Made by a program: the position numbers and the translations under genes
The notes under the pieces: generated by a model
Database searches by the model: none
The model's input: only the letters and a program-made list of their open reading frames with translations
What the model was told of the DNA's origin: nothing
Shown: positions 9,610 through 18,517 of the stretch, piece after piece
Numbering within the stretch: position 1 is the stretch's first letter
Layout: every line of letters starts with the position of its first letter
From: a virus
Taxonomy: Duplodnaviria; Caudoviricetes
DNA: 25,500 nucleotides
Direction: 5' to 3' (one strand)
IMG/VR virus record: IMGVR_UViG_3300020365_000113
Location: 1 to 25,500 of that record

Positions 9610-11673
9610 ATGGCTAATATCAAGAAGGCTTTCAACTTCCGTAACGGAGTTCAAGTTGATGACGACAATTTGATTGTTAATTCAAATGGACTAGTTGGTG
9701 TCGGTACTACCGTACCAACGGAAGCCTTGGATGTTCGCGGAAGGGTTAGGGTTATTGCAGACTCTGCCGTTGCTGGTTCTGGTGTTGTAAATGCCACTAC
9801 TGGTATTATTACTGCTTTAAATGTAACTTCCGAACTTGAAGTTGGAAGTTCCAAACTTCACCTTGGGCAAGTTGGAACTGGTGTAAGTGTTGGTTATCCT
9901 GCTGGTATTATAACAGCATCTGATGGAGGAACTGTCACTTATTATGGTGATGGTCAATATTTACAGAATCTACCTACTTCACAATGGCAAAATGTTGATG
10001 TTGGATTAGGTTATGCGAGTGTTTATGTTACTGATGCCATAGGTGCTGTTGGTATTGCAACTGTCGACCCACGATTTACTTTACAGATTGGTGGTAATAA
10101 TGACCTCAACGACTTTAAAGATGGTGTAGGTATAAGCAGTGGTGGAATTGTTGCTACTGGTGTCGTTACTGCGACGGAATTTAAAGGTGATTTTACTGGT
10201 GATGTAAATGCAGGTATCGCAACTGTTGGTTTCTTAACAGCAACCGAAGGTATGAATGTTGCTGGTGTTATTACTGCAACAACATTTAAAGGAACATTAG
10301 AAGGAAATTTATTAGGTAATGTTACTGGAGATGTATCTGGAAATCTATCAGGATCTTTGGATGTAGGTATCGCAACTGTTGGATTCTTAACTTCAACTGG
10401 AAATGTAAATGTTGCTGGTATTCTCACCTCAGGTACTTTAGTCTCTGATCAATTAGAATCTAGAAGAGCATTATTTGTTGAAGAGATAAGTTGTAAAGGA
10501 CTTCAAGCTAGTGCTGGTATTCTTACTGCTCAATCAGCAGTTCTAAGCGATTCAATATTAGGTATTGCAACAGCATCTACTTTAAGAGTAGATAAGATTG
10601 GTATTGGTTTAAATGCTCCAACGCAAGACTTTGATTTCTTAAAGGTAGGTATTGCGACAGTACAGATTGTTGGTACTGAAAGTGTGATACTCAGTATCGG
10701 TCAAAGATCAGCTATTCAAACTGGTGTTGCAGTTAGCACTGGTGGAATGAGATTTGGTTCTACCGATAAATCTTTTGATCTTTACAATGGAGATAATGGA
10801 GATTTTAATTACTATCTACAATTATCTGGTCAAGTAGGTCTTAATACAGGATCTTTTAATTGGTATCATACCACAAATAAACGCATGACCTTAACTTACG
10901 ACGGTAAGTTAGGTATCAATAATGATGCACCAACTGAGATTCTTGATGTTATTGGAGATTCCAAACTTACTGGTAATGTAACTATTACTAATGACTTAAT
11001 TGTTCAAGGTAATATAAACGGAACAGTAGTTCTTGATCCAATACTTAATGATATAAATCTCAATAATACCGCAGGTGTATCAACTATTTCAGATATTGTA
11101 GTACAGAATCTACAGGGAACATCAGTTGCGATTGGTACTGATAGAGATAAATCTATTTTTACACTCGGTGGAGGTTTAGATGCTTCCAGAACTGCTGGTG
11201 CATTTGGTCTTTTATCTGTAGGAACAACTGCTACTGATAATGCAGGAAATTCACTCTTGGTTGATAACGGTACAACATCATTTGGAAATAATTTAGTTGG
11301 TATTGGAACAACTACACCCGCAGATGCTTATGGAACTACGGGTTATGGATTAAAAGTTCTTGGTGGAGCTAATGTCTTCGATAAAAGTAGACTTAATCTT
11401 GTAGGTGGTACTGTTTTAAATCTTCAAGGTACATCTATACTTGGTGTTGGTACAGCTGCACCTAGATGTGCAGTTGACTTCTCAGAGGCAGCTTATTTTA
11501 GTAATGGCGCATCACCCATATCATATATGGTTCCTCCAAAAGTTACAACTACTGAAAGAGATGCTTTTACAGATTTTGATGCTGGACCAGTAGAAGTTGG
11601 TGCATTTATATACAATACGACTGTCAACAAACTACAAGTTTGGGATGGAAGTAATTGGAACAACTTACATTGA
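9610..11673 (+). CDS. Tail fibre-like virion structural protein
   Basis: Repeated G.VG(I/V)GTT.P...LDV.G and GIAT/GIITA fibre motifs, an internal 51-aa duplication (GIATVGFLT), and a C-terminal IYNTT.NKLQVWDGSNW motif. Confidence 0.82.
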   Translation: MANIKKAFNFRNGVQVDDDNLIVNSNGLVGVGTTVPTEALDVRGRVRVIADSAVAGSGVVNATTGIITALNVTSELEVGSSKLHLGQVGTGVSVGYPAGIITASDGGTVTYYGDGQYLQNLPTSQWQNVDVGLGYASVYVTDAIGAVGIATVDPRFTLQIGGNNDLNDFKDGVGISSGGIVATGVVTATEFKGDFTGDVNAGIATVGFLTATEGMNVAGVITATTFKGTLEGNLLGNVTGDVSGNLSGSLDVGIATVGFLTSTGNVNVAGILTSGTLVSDQLESRRALFVEEISCKGLQASAGILTAQSAVLSDSILGIATASTLRVDKIGIGLNAPTQDFDFLKVGIATVQIVGTESVILSIGQRSAIQTGVAVSTGGMRFGSTDKSFDLYNGDNGDFNYYLQLSGQVGLNTGSFNWYHTTNKRMTLTYDGKLGINNDAPTEILDVIGDSKLTGNVTITNDLIVQGNINGTVVLDPILNDINLNNTAGVSTISDIVVQNLQGTSVAIGTDRDKSIFTLGGGLDASRTAGAFGLLSVGTTATDNAGNSLLVDNGTTSFGNNLVGIGTTTPADAYGTTGYGLKVLGGANVFDKSRLNLVGGTVLNLQGTSILGVGTAAPRCAVDFSEAAYFSNGASPISYMVPPKVTTTERDAFTDFDAGPVEVGAFIYNTTVNKLQVWDGSNWNNLH

Positions 11674-11690
11674 TAGGGGGGAAATAAGAT

Positions 11691-13835
11691 ATGGCACCAG
11701 GAGTAACAAAAGTAGATAACGGTGGTCCACTTACTACACATTCAGCAGGAAAATTTCAAATAACAACTGCAGGACCATATTTCACATCAGGTGAAATCAA
11801 GTTCAGTGTTTTAAGAAGACTTTTTAAAGAAGAAACATCAGGAGAAGTTAAGGCAAGTGAACTTCGTAGAGTTACATCTACATCTGAAACTAATCCTATT
11901 GTTCCAGATTCTACTCAAAACGCACAAATTTCCACTGAAAACAATTTGAGTATGTCCCAGTTTAGGGGATCTGTTAAACGATATTATGCAGACTCTATTA
12001 GTGATGGAGATCAAGTCCATTTAAATCACTATGATGGCAATAATGGTATTGACTGGTCTAATGGTGGAACAGGTGGAGCAGACGGATCAGCTGCAAATAA
12101 TAACTTATCTAAAAATATTCAAAAATTTGTACATTGGTTGAATTTGGCATATTCATCTGATAATGATGGTGGTGATGGTGGATCTGTAGAGAGTAAAAAT
12201 GGAACTGGTTTAGGTAAAATACCAGCAATGAGTCTAGAACCCGCCATATCAGGGGGTGCATACGGTGTATATAATTTACAATTAAATGTTAGTGGAAAAA
12301 TATATGGTGCCGCTGGTAGAGGTGGATATAAAAATCAAACAAACAATGAAGATACTAGAAGAGGAAAGGCGGGTGGTACTGCGTTAAAAATTTCACATTC
12401 TGGTTCAACAACAGTTGTTTATGTTGAAAATGGTGCCAGAATCCACGGTGGTGGAGGTGGTGGTGAACAAGGTAAGATGGGAGAAGATGGGGAAAGAGGA
12501 CAATGTATCAGAAAAGTATTCACAACTGTTTCAGGATCATGTGGTGGTGGAGTACCATCTTGTCCTACTGATTATACTAGGGTTTCGACAAGTACAGAAG
12601 TCTGTAGTACATCTCAAGAAAACTGTAGATGGATTGATGCTGATGATCCCGATGAACCTGGACACGAGGATGGAAGTGGAAAAAGGTGTGATACAGTTGA
12701 AGTTTATAGAATCATTGCAGAATGTCAAGCAAACGTGGGTGAACCTGGACCAGAACCAATAAGAGGTGTTGGTGGTAAAGGTGGAGATGGTGCGGGTTGG
12801 TTAGATGGTCAATATAGATCTAATGGTCGAGAAGGTGAGTTAGGAACTCAAAATATACTTCCAGATTGTCCTGGTGATACGCTACCAAGCGACAGGGTCG
12901 CCGCAGGAGATGGTGGAAGAGGCGGTAACGGTGGTGCTCCAGGAAGAGCTGGGCAATTCACTACATCGTCCGACAGAGGCGGTTCTGGAGGCGCTGCTAT
13001 TTGTGGTAATAACTTCTCAGTAGAAGGAAATAAGAACAGTAAAACCTTAAAAGTTAGATATGATGGATCATGTATTGGTGAAACATCAGAAAATGCAGGA
13101 TCACCACCAGGTCTCCCAGGAATTGAAATAGATGAGGAACCAACATATGTAAGATTTAGGGGTACTGGTGGTGTAAAGTCTATACTTGTAACAGCACCAA
13201 ACGGTGGATTCGCTAATTTCGGAATAAAATATGAATGGGATGATAGTTCACGTACGGATGGACGACACTTAGATTTCTTTGATTTCCAACAAACCATATT
13301 TGAAAGAAAAGGTGAAAAAGGTAGCATGTCCAGAAGATTTGATAATGATATAGGTACTGGTGAATATCCTATTATCTGGGGGGATCTTCATCCTAGAAAT
13401 CAATCCAGTAGTGATCCAGGTTATCCAAAAGTATCTAAAACCCTAATGGATCCTCGTATGAGGGATCAAGCTTTGAAGTTACTTGACTTACCCCGAGATA
13501 CAAATATTGAAGAAATGAATGTACTAGGTCTTGTAGATAATGATGGCGATGATGCAAACGGAGGGATTTTGATCTACAAGGACAGTAAGGTGCCATATCC
13601 TCCAGCAACAATAAAATATAAACTCACTTCGACACTAGAAAATCCAATTACAAATGTATCTGGTTCTAGCGATCGAAATGATCCTCTGTTCAATATACCA
13701 AATGATTTTCCAGCACCAGGACAATCAAAAACATATACTTATAGTTGGAGACCAGTGAAATACACTCCAATAAAATATTTTATCACTGCAACAGGACCAG
13801 GTGGAACATCTAAAGTAGAATTTACTGTTGTATAA
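11691..13835 (+). CDS. Glycine-rich fibre-tip / receptor-binding (gp38 adhesin-like) protein
   Basis: N-terminal SGEIKFS...LSMSQFRGS attachment-type motif and poly-Gly motifs (IYGAAGRGG, GKAGGTAL, IHGGGGGG, GGKGGDGAG, GDGGRGGNGG, GGSGGAAI). Last gene of the fibre cluster. Confidence 0.65.
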   Translation: MAPGVTKVDNGGPLTTHSAGKFQITTAGPYFTSGEIKFSVLRRLFKEETSGEVKASELRRVTSTSETNPIVPDSTQNAQISTENNLSMSQFRGSVKRYYADSISDGDQVHLNHYDGNNGIDWSNGGTGGADGSAANNNLSKNIQKFVHWLNLAYSSDNDGGDGGSVESKNGTGLGKIPAMSLEPAISGGAYGVYNLQLNVSGKIYGAAGRGGYKNQTNNEDTRRGKAGGTALKISHSGSTTVVYVENGARIHGGGGGGEQGKMGEDGERGQCIRKVFTTVSGSCGGGVPSCPTDYTRVSTSTEVCSTSQENCRWIDADDPDEPGHEDGSGKRCDTVEVYRIIAECQANVGEPGPEPIRGVGGKGGDGAGWLDGQYRSNGREGELGTQNILPDCPGDTLPSDRVAAGDGGRGGNGGAPGRAGQFTTSSDRGGSGGAAICGNNFSVEGNKNSKTLKVRYDGSCIGETSENAGSPPGLPGIEIDEEPTYVRFRGTGGVKSILVTAPNGGFANFGIKYEWDDSSRTDGRHLDFFDFQQTIFERKGEKGSMSRRFDNDIGTGEYPIIWGDLHPRNQSSSDPGYPKVSKTLMDPRMRDQALKLLDLPRDTNIEEMNVLGLVDNDGDDANGGILIYKDSKVPYPPATIKYKLTSTLENPITNVSGSSDRNDPLFNIPNDFPAPGQSKTYTYSWRPVKYTPIKYFITATGPGGTSKVEFTVV

Positions 13836-13838
13836 GGC

Positions 13839-13867
13839 TTGACAAAGTCTTAGATTATCTGTAGAAT
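13839..13867 (+). promoter_or_regulatory. Sigma70-type promoter TTGACA-N17-TAGAAT
   Basis: Perfect -35 (13839-44), 17-nt spacer, -10 TAGAAT (13862-67); intergenic, before the MTase genes. Confidence 0.85.
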
Positions 13868-13887
13868 CTCTTTGTTGCTTTTGAAGG

Positions 13888-14472
13888 ATGAGATTTAGCT
13901 TAGCTATTGGGAATCCTCCATATGGTGTTGGAGGTAATCTTGCTATTAAATTTTTAAATAAAACATCAGAAGTTACTGATGATATTAGATTTGTATTACC
14001 TACATCTGTAAGGAAGCCATCTTCCTTGAATAAGATTGTAGGTCATTTACATTGTAGTGTAGATGAAGATCTAGATCCTTCAACCTTCCCTGGTGGTATT
14101 AGTGCTGTAAAACAATACTGGGAAGTTAAAAACACATCGAGATTCCAAGTAGGTGTTGGGGAGATACCTATGCATAAGGAACATCCAGACTTTGAGTTCT
14201 TACCTTATGAGAGAAGGTTTGATGCTGATGTTTTTGTTGGTGAATATGGCTGTGGACCCAGTGGTAGAGTCAAGATCGAGAACTTTACCCACTATGCGAA
14301 AGGACATCATTTTTTGAAAACTAGATGTCCAGAAGTTGTAAATAATATGCTAGAATTTGCTGATTCGTTTCGTGCAACTGCTACACAGTGTAATGGAAGG
14401 TATCACTTTGGCAAGAACGATTTGATTTCAACTTATATTAGATGTCTTGAAGAAAGAGATGGCAAAGAATAA
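13888..14472 (+). CDS. N6-adenine DNA methyltransferase, catalytic (NPPY) plus target-recognition half
   Basis: Begins directly with FSLAIGNPPY (motif IV), then FLNK and IRFVLP (motif V/VI-like); no SAM-binding motif I in this ORF. Confidence 0.75.
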   Translation: MRFSLAIGNPPYGVGGNLAIKFLNKTSEVTDDIRFVLPTSVRKPSSLNKIVGHLHCSVDEDLDPSTFPGGISAVKQYWEVKNTSRFQVGVGEIPMHKEHPDFEFLPYERRFDADVFVGEYGCGPSGRVKIENFTHYAKGHHFLKTRCPEVVNNMLEFADSFRATATQCNGRYHFGKNDLISTYIRCLEERDGKE

Positions 14473-14941
14473 GCATAATCAAGATGTTGGATCTACGATT
14501 GAAAGATCCGATGAAAGAATCAAAGTAACTCAAGAAGTTTTCACTCCGATGGAACTTGTTGAGCAGATGATTGATGAGATTGATATTGAATTACTAAAAG
14601 ACCCAGAGAGTACATTTATTGATAACTCTGCTGGTTGTGGTAACTTTCTAGTTGGAATGAAGAATCGTTTACTACAGTTTCATAATGAAGATCATATTCT
14701 AAACAATATGTTATATGCTGTAGAAATGATGGAAGATAATCATAAGGAACTGTGTGCAAATCTTGGAGTTCCTGTAGATCATCCACACTATGTTTGTGCT
14801 GATGCTTTAGAGTATGATTACTCTTTCGATGAAGAAGTGGGTTTAGAGCAGGGTCTAGGTAAGATCAGAAGACCTGACGATTATACACCACCAGAACCCA
14901 ATACAGATCCTAGTGAGGCATCCTTAGAACAGTTCTTCTAG
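14459..14941 (+). CDS. DNA methyltransferase, SAM-binding half (motifs X, I, II, III)
   Basis: QEVFTP (motif X), FIDNSAGCGNF (motif I), LYAVE (II), CADAL (III); no NPPY. ATG 14459 overlaps the end of the upstream gene. Confidence 0.78.
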   Translation: MAKNKHNQDVGSTIERSDERIKVTQEVFTPMELVEQMIDEIDIELLKDPESTFIDNSAGCGNFLVGMKNRLLQFHNEDHILNNMLYAVEMMEDNHKELCANLGVPVDHPHYVCADALEYDYSFDEEVGLEQGLGKIRRPDDYTPPEPNTDPSEASLEQFF

Positions 14942-14982
14942 TGGCACAGGGGGTTGACAGGATAGAAAAATCAGTGTATATT
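14926..14982 (+). promoter_or_regulatory. Palindrome-associated sigma70 promoter (copy 1)
   Basis: AGAACA-GTTCTTCTAG-TGGCAC at 14926-47, then TTGACA (14954-59), N17, TATATT (14977-82). Confidence 0.8.
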
Positions 14983-14988
14983 GTATGT

Positions 14989-15016
14989 GTGGTTGGGCGA
15001 ATCGCCAAACAACCGC
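14989..15016 (+). other. 5'-leader hairpin at the predicted transcript start
   Basis: GTGGTTG-GGCG-AAT-CGCC-AAA-CAACCGC pairs into a bulged stem beginning ~7 nt after the -10 box. Confidence 0.55.
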
Positions 15017-15040
15017 ATTACACAATGCCAAAGGCAGACA

Positions 15041-16099
15041 ATGACTATCTTTAATGAAATTACGATTCCCACTGGATTTATCGATTGGGAAGACTTTAGA
15101 GAGTCTGGCATCCTTTATGAACTCGCTGAGATGTATCATAAAGAGATTATCAAGACACTTGAATACAAAACTTGTGAAGTAGTATCATGCACAGTTATCG
15201 CTGTTGATACTGTTCGCAAACTTGGACAGGCAAATGTGGGTCGTGTTCGGGGTAATGACAAAGATGTATATGACATCGTTGACAAGAACCTGACTCCTGG
15301 TTGGAATATCAACAAACTTCCTCCTTTTGTCTTTGCAGATGACGATGAACCTGTGAATGGAAACCACCGTTTCCGTTGGTTCGATGAGCATCAAGTTCCT
15401 TATGTTCCTGTTCTGAAAGTAGTCCCCAAACTGGGATTCTCTAAGAACGATGTCATCAATGAGATTGGGTTGAAGTATCAACCTCGTCCTGAAGGCACAT
15501 CATCCGCCTTCGATGACTACAAAGCACGGGGTATTTTGTGGGTGATCGAACAGAACTCTTTGCGTGAAGATGCTCGCGTAACTGAGACTGAAGTTCGTAA
15601 CTGGGTACAAGAGTACGCAGATTTTGAGACTCCCGATACTCAAGAACGCCTTGTAAAGGCAATCTACAACGCAACTGAGAAGAAAACCTTCCTTGCAAAC
15701 TTTACCCGTGGTGAGGGTATTCGTTTCTTCTCCAAGAAAGGAATCAAGATTCAAAGCACTGCTGCTGATGTTCGTGGTTCTAGTGTTGATCGTCTCGTAA
15801 GTGCTATGGGTCCAGTTCATGTTTATCGTGACTTTTTCCCACAGTTCTTTGAAGATGCTGCAAACGGCATCTCTACAACTATTCACTTCTATGTGAATAC
15901 AAACAATGTAGACGATGAGATTGGTGTTCTGCATCTGATTCGTGAGCGTATGGATGAGATTGAAGATTACATTGAAAACTTTGGTAAGATTCTAGGTAAG
16001 AATGAAGCTACACGGATTCGTTCTTACTTGTCTTACGGTTATCGATTGCCACATCTGGTAGACCTTGATCGTGGTGATCTGGTAGCACTCCAGAACTGA
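15041..16099 (+). CDS. ParB/Srx-like N-terminal domain protein
   Basis: LPPFVF...PVNGNHRF resembles the ParB GxxR box. The start is moved to ATG 15041 (ATG 15024 is out of frame) because the TTG at 14981 lies in the promoter. Confidence 0.55.
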   Translation: MTIFNEITIPTGFIDWEDFRESGILYELAEMYHKEIIKTLEYKTCEVVSCTVIAVDTVRKLGQANVGRVRGNDKDVYDIVDKNLTPGWNINKLPPFVFADDDEPVNGNHRFRWFDEHQVPYVPVLKVVPKLGFSKNDVINEIGLKYQPRPEGTSSAFDDYKARGILWVIEQNSLREDARVTETEVRNWVQEYADFETPDTQERLVKAIYNATEKKTFLANFTRGEGIRFFSKKGIKIQSTAADVRGSSVDRLVSAMGPVHVYRDFFPQFFEDAANGISTTIHFYVNTNNVDDEIGVLHLIRERMDEIEDYIENFGKILGKNEATRIRSYLSYGYRLPHLVDLDRGDLVALQN

Positions 16100-16155
16100 C
16101 ATCCAGTTCACAGACCGTCCATGGGGTTCCCCCGTGGGCGGTTTTCTGCTATAAT
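16100..16155 (+). promoter_or_regulatory. Palindrome-associated promoter (copy 2) with extended -10
   Basis: CATCCA-GTTCACAGAC-CGTCCA at 16100-21; TGCTATAAT at 16147-55; no -35, since a hairpin occupies that position. Confidence 0.7.
16112..16147 (+). terminator. Intrinsic terminator-like hairpin after the ParB-like gene
   Basis: ACCGTCCATGGGG-TTC-CCCCGTGGGCGGT: 13-bp stem with two G-U pairs, followed by a short T run. Confidence 0.65.
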
Positions 16156-16181
16156 TACTCCATACTGAACAGGACAAACAC

Positions 16182-17342
16182 TTGACCATCACACTTCGCC
16201 CCCATCAGCAGGATGCTCTGGCAGCGATGCAGAAGTATGAAAAGGGTCAGGTCATCATTCCTACTGGTGGTGGTAAAACTCTTGCCATGATCACTGATGC
16301 AAAGCAACAGTTTGATCGTGAGGGATCTACCACTATTGTTGTGGTTGCTCCTCGTATTCTGCTGGCAGAACAACTCTGTAAAGAGTTTCTGGATGTTATC
16401 ACTAATGCTGCTGTTTACCATGTTCACAGTGGTGAAACTGAGCACTTCAGCAGCACTAAACCTGCATTGATTGCTAATTGGCATCGCCAAGCATATCGCA
16501 ATCAACTAATCTTTACTACCTACAACTCTCTGAATCGTATTCAAGAGTCAGGTATTCATGTTGATACAATTTATTTTGATGAAGCGCACAATTCTGTCAA
16601 GCGTAATTTCTTCCCTGCCACTGAACATTTTTCTTCTGACGCTGATCGCTGCTATTTTTTCACTGCTACTCCTAAACACTCTGTTACCGTCTTCAAACCT
16701 GGGATGAATGATGGTGCTGTTTATGGTCAGGTGATCTGCAATGTTCCTGCACCTAAACTGGTTGAGCAAGGTTACATCCTTCCTCCTAAAGTTGTTGTGA
16801 AGGAGCTCCCTCAGGGTGATTTCAAGCAATCTGATAGTCAGAATCTTCTGGATACCATTGATGACAATTCACTGGATAAGATTCTGGTTGCTGCACGATC
16901 CACTAAGCAGATTGTGCAACTTACCACTCAATCTGACTTCACGATGCAACTGGAGCAGCGTGGTTACAACTGGATGTATATCACCAGTAAAACTGGTGCA
17001 ATCATCAACGGGCAGAAAGTTACCCGTGAGCAGTTCTTCAACACGCTGAACGCTTGGGGTCGTGACAACAAAAGATTTGTTGTGATGCATCATTCTATCC
17101 TTTCTGAAGGTATGAATGTCAAAGGATTAGAAGCAGTTCTTTTCATGCGTAACATGGATTATATTGGTATCTCCCAATCAATCGGGCGTGTAATCCGCCT
17201 GGGAGGCGCTGAGAAAACTTTTGGGTTGGTTTGTGTACCTGTTGCCGATAAAGTGGGCATCAGCACTGCTAAGAGCGTTCAGGCAGTTGTGAATACTGTC
17301 TTCTACAAAGGTGAACCTGCTGTTTCTGTGGTGCGCCGCTGA
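16182..17342 (+). CDS. Superfamily 2 DExH helicase (type III Res-like ATPase domain)
   Basis: LRPHQ (Q motif), PTGGGKT (Walker A), DEAH, TAT (III), ILSEGMNV (V), QSIGRVIR (VI); TTG start. Confidence 0.9.
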   Translation: MTITLRPHQQDALAAMQKYEKGQVIIPTGGGKTLAMITDAKQQFDREGSTTIVVVAPRILLAEQLCKEFLDVITNAAVYHVHSGETEHFSSTKPALIANWHRQAYRNQLIFTTYNSLNRIQESGIHVDTIYFDEAHNSVKRNFFPATEHFSSDADRCYFFTATPKHSVTVFKPGMNDGAVYGQVICNVPAPKLVEQGYILPPKVVVKELPQGDFKQSDSQNLLDTIDDNSLDKILVAARSTKQIVQLTTQSDFTMQLEQRGYNWMYITSKTGAIINGQKVTREQFFNTLNAWGRDNKRFVVMHHSILSEGMNVKGLEAVLFMRNMDYIGISQSIGRVIRLGGAEKTFGLVCVPVADKVGISTAKSVQAVVNTVFYKGEPAVSVVRR

Positions 17343-17731
17343 TGCTGTCTGATAACATTTATGAGCATGTCCTTCAGGTCGCAAGATCATCACCATCCAA
17401 GAAGCAGGTTGGTGCTATTCTTCTCAATAAAAGTAAAGTTGTAGTCTCAGCAACTAATCTTGAAACAAAATCACATCCACTGCAAGCATCATTTGCAGTT
17501 CGTGTAGGAAGACCTGAGAAGATTTATCTTCATGCAGAGATTGCTGCACTTGTAAAGTGTAGAAGTGAATGTGACACGATTGTAGTTGCAAGATTAGGTG
17601 GACATTCTGGTGAAGAACTAAGAAATGCAAAGCCTTGTCCTGTTTGCGCTCTCGCATTGAAAGAAGCAGGAGTTAAGAAAGTTCATTACACTACGGATGA
17701 TGGTTTTCTCTATCAGTATGCCAGTGATTGA
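17342..17731 (+). CDS. Zinc-dependent cytidine/dCMP deaminase-family protein
   Basis: VGAIL, HAE and PCPVC motifs; TGATG stop/start overlap with the helicase. Confidence 0.85.
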   Translation: MLSDNIYEHVLQVARSSPSKKQVGAILLNKSKVVVSATNLETKSHPLQASFAVRVGRPEKIYLHAEIAALVKCRSECDTIVVARLGGHSGEELRNAKPCPVCALALKEAGVKKVHYTTDDGFLYQYASD

Positions 17732-17774
17732 ACCGACACAAACCCTGTACTTCCTACCCTGAATCGGGTATAAT
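17718..17774 (+). promoter_or_regulatory. Palindrome-associated promoter (copy 3)
   Basis: ATGCCA-GTGATTGAAC-CGACAC at 17718-39; weak -35 TGTACT; TATAAT at 17769-74. Confidence 0.7.
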
Positions 17775-17795
17775 AACTGTATCAGCAAAAAACCC

Positions 17796-17936
17796 ATGCG
17801 CTGCATCGTAAAACTTCAAAAAAACGGTTACATCATCAAGGAAACCGTTCATACTGACGATCCGTATTACGCTGAAAGCGTTGCACTTGCACGAAACCCT
17901 GGTGCAGAAGTTCTATCTTCTGATGTAAGGTATTGA
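17796..17936 (+). CDS. Small cyanophage protein (46 aa, ALARNP motif); not in the ORF track
   Basis: MRCIVKLQKNGYIIKETVHTDDPYYAESVALARNPGAEVLSSDVRY; directly follows a promoter and abuts the next ATG. Confidence 0.75.
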   Translation: MRCIVKLQKNGYIIKETVHTDDPYYAESVALARNPGAEVLSSDVRY

Positions 17937-17937
17937 A

Positions 17938-18276
17938 ATGAAAATCAAAGAAGAAACCATGTCTGAAATTACATCAAAGCGTAAAGCAATGGCAGTCTGC
18001 AATCAAGGTCTTGTAGAACAACTTCAAGAGATTATTTCACAACTTGAATGGGATTGTTATGATGATGTGACTGTTGAAATTGGTGGCACTCAAGTCTCTG
18101 GTATTGATGTTGGTGAAGTCTACAATAAGAAGTGGCAGTCACCTAAAGGAACACGCAAGTATAATAAAGATGCTTTTATTGTCATCAAGAACCAAGGTCG
18201 TAGGGATCTAAGTAAGACACAACCTTTCCCTGAAGGTGAATTCAAACCAGCACATCCTTATGAGTCAAAGTCCTGA
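17938..18276 (+). CDS. Hypothetical cyanophage protein
   Basis: Tightly packed ORF; the WDCYDDV.VEIGGT...RKYNKDAFIVIKN segment is recalled from cyanomyovirus hypotheticals. Confidence 0.75.
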   Translation: MKIKEETMSEITSKRKAMAVCNQGLVEQLQEIISQLEWDCYDDVTVEIGGTQVSGIDVGEVYNKKWQSPKGTRKYNKDAFIVIKNQGRRDLSKTQPFPEGEFKPAHPYESKS

Positions 18277-18517
18277 AGATTATCGTAAATTCTATAAACC
18301 TCAAAATCGAAAATTACTGAGTCCCGTTGTTGGTGATCCTGATGGATATGTCACTAAAGATGGTCAATGGGCAGCAGTTCCATTTGGCAATAGTGATGCA
18401 AAATTGGCGATTATTAACAACGGAAAAGTAGTGCATACTGCAAGAAATTATAGTTCTGCACTTACATACATAAAGAAACAAATTTCCGCTGGTAAGAAGC
18501 GCCGTAAGAAAAAATGA
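18260..18517 (+). CDS. Hypothetical cyanophage protein with basic C-terminus
   Basis: GYVTKDGQWAAVP motif; ATG 18260 preferred; ATGA overlap with the next gene. Confidence 0.72.
   Translation: MSQSPEDYRKFYKPQNRKLLSPVVGDPDGYVTKDGQWAAVPFGNSDAKLAIINNGKVVHTARNYSSALTYIKKQISAGKKRRKKK

Noticed and set aside
10212-10382. 18-nt direct repeat aggtatcgcaactgttgg, 153 nt apart
   Set aside because: Explained by an internal fibre repeat (GIATVGFLT); not a mobile-element end.
14981-15040. N-terminal extension of the 14981..16099 ORF
   Set aside because: The TTG lies inside the -10 box and the region forms a leader hairpin.
13888-17342. Split MTase plus Res-like helicase as a type I/III R-M system
   Set aside because: The helicase has no visible nuclease domain and is separated from the MTase by another gene, promoters and a terminator.
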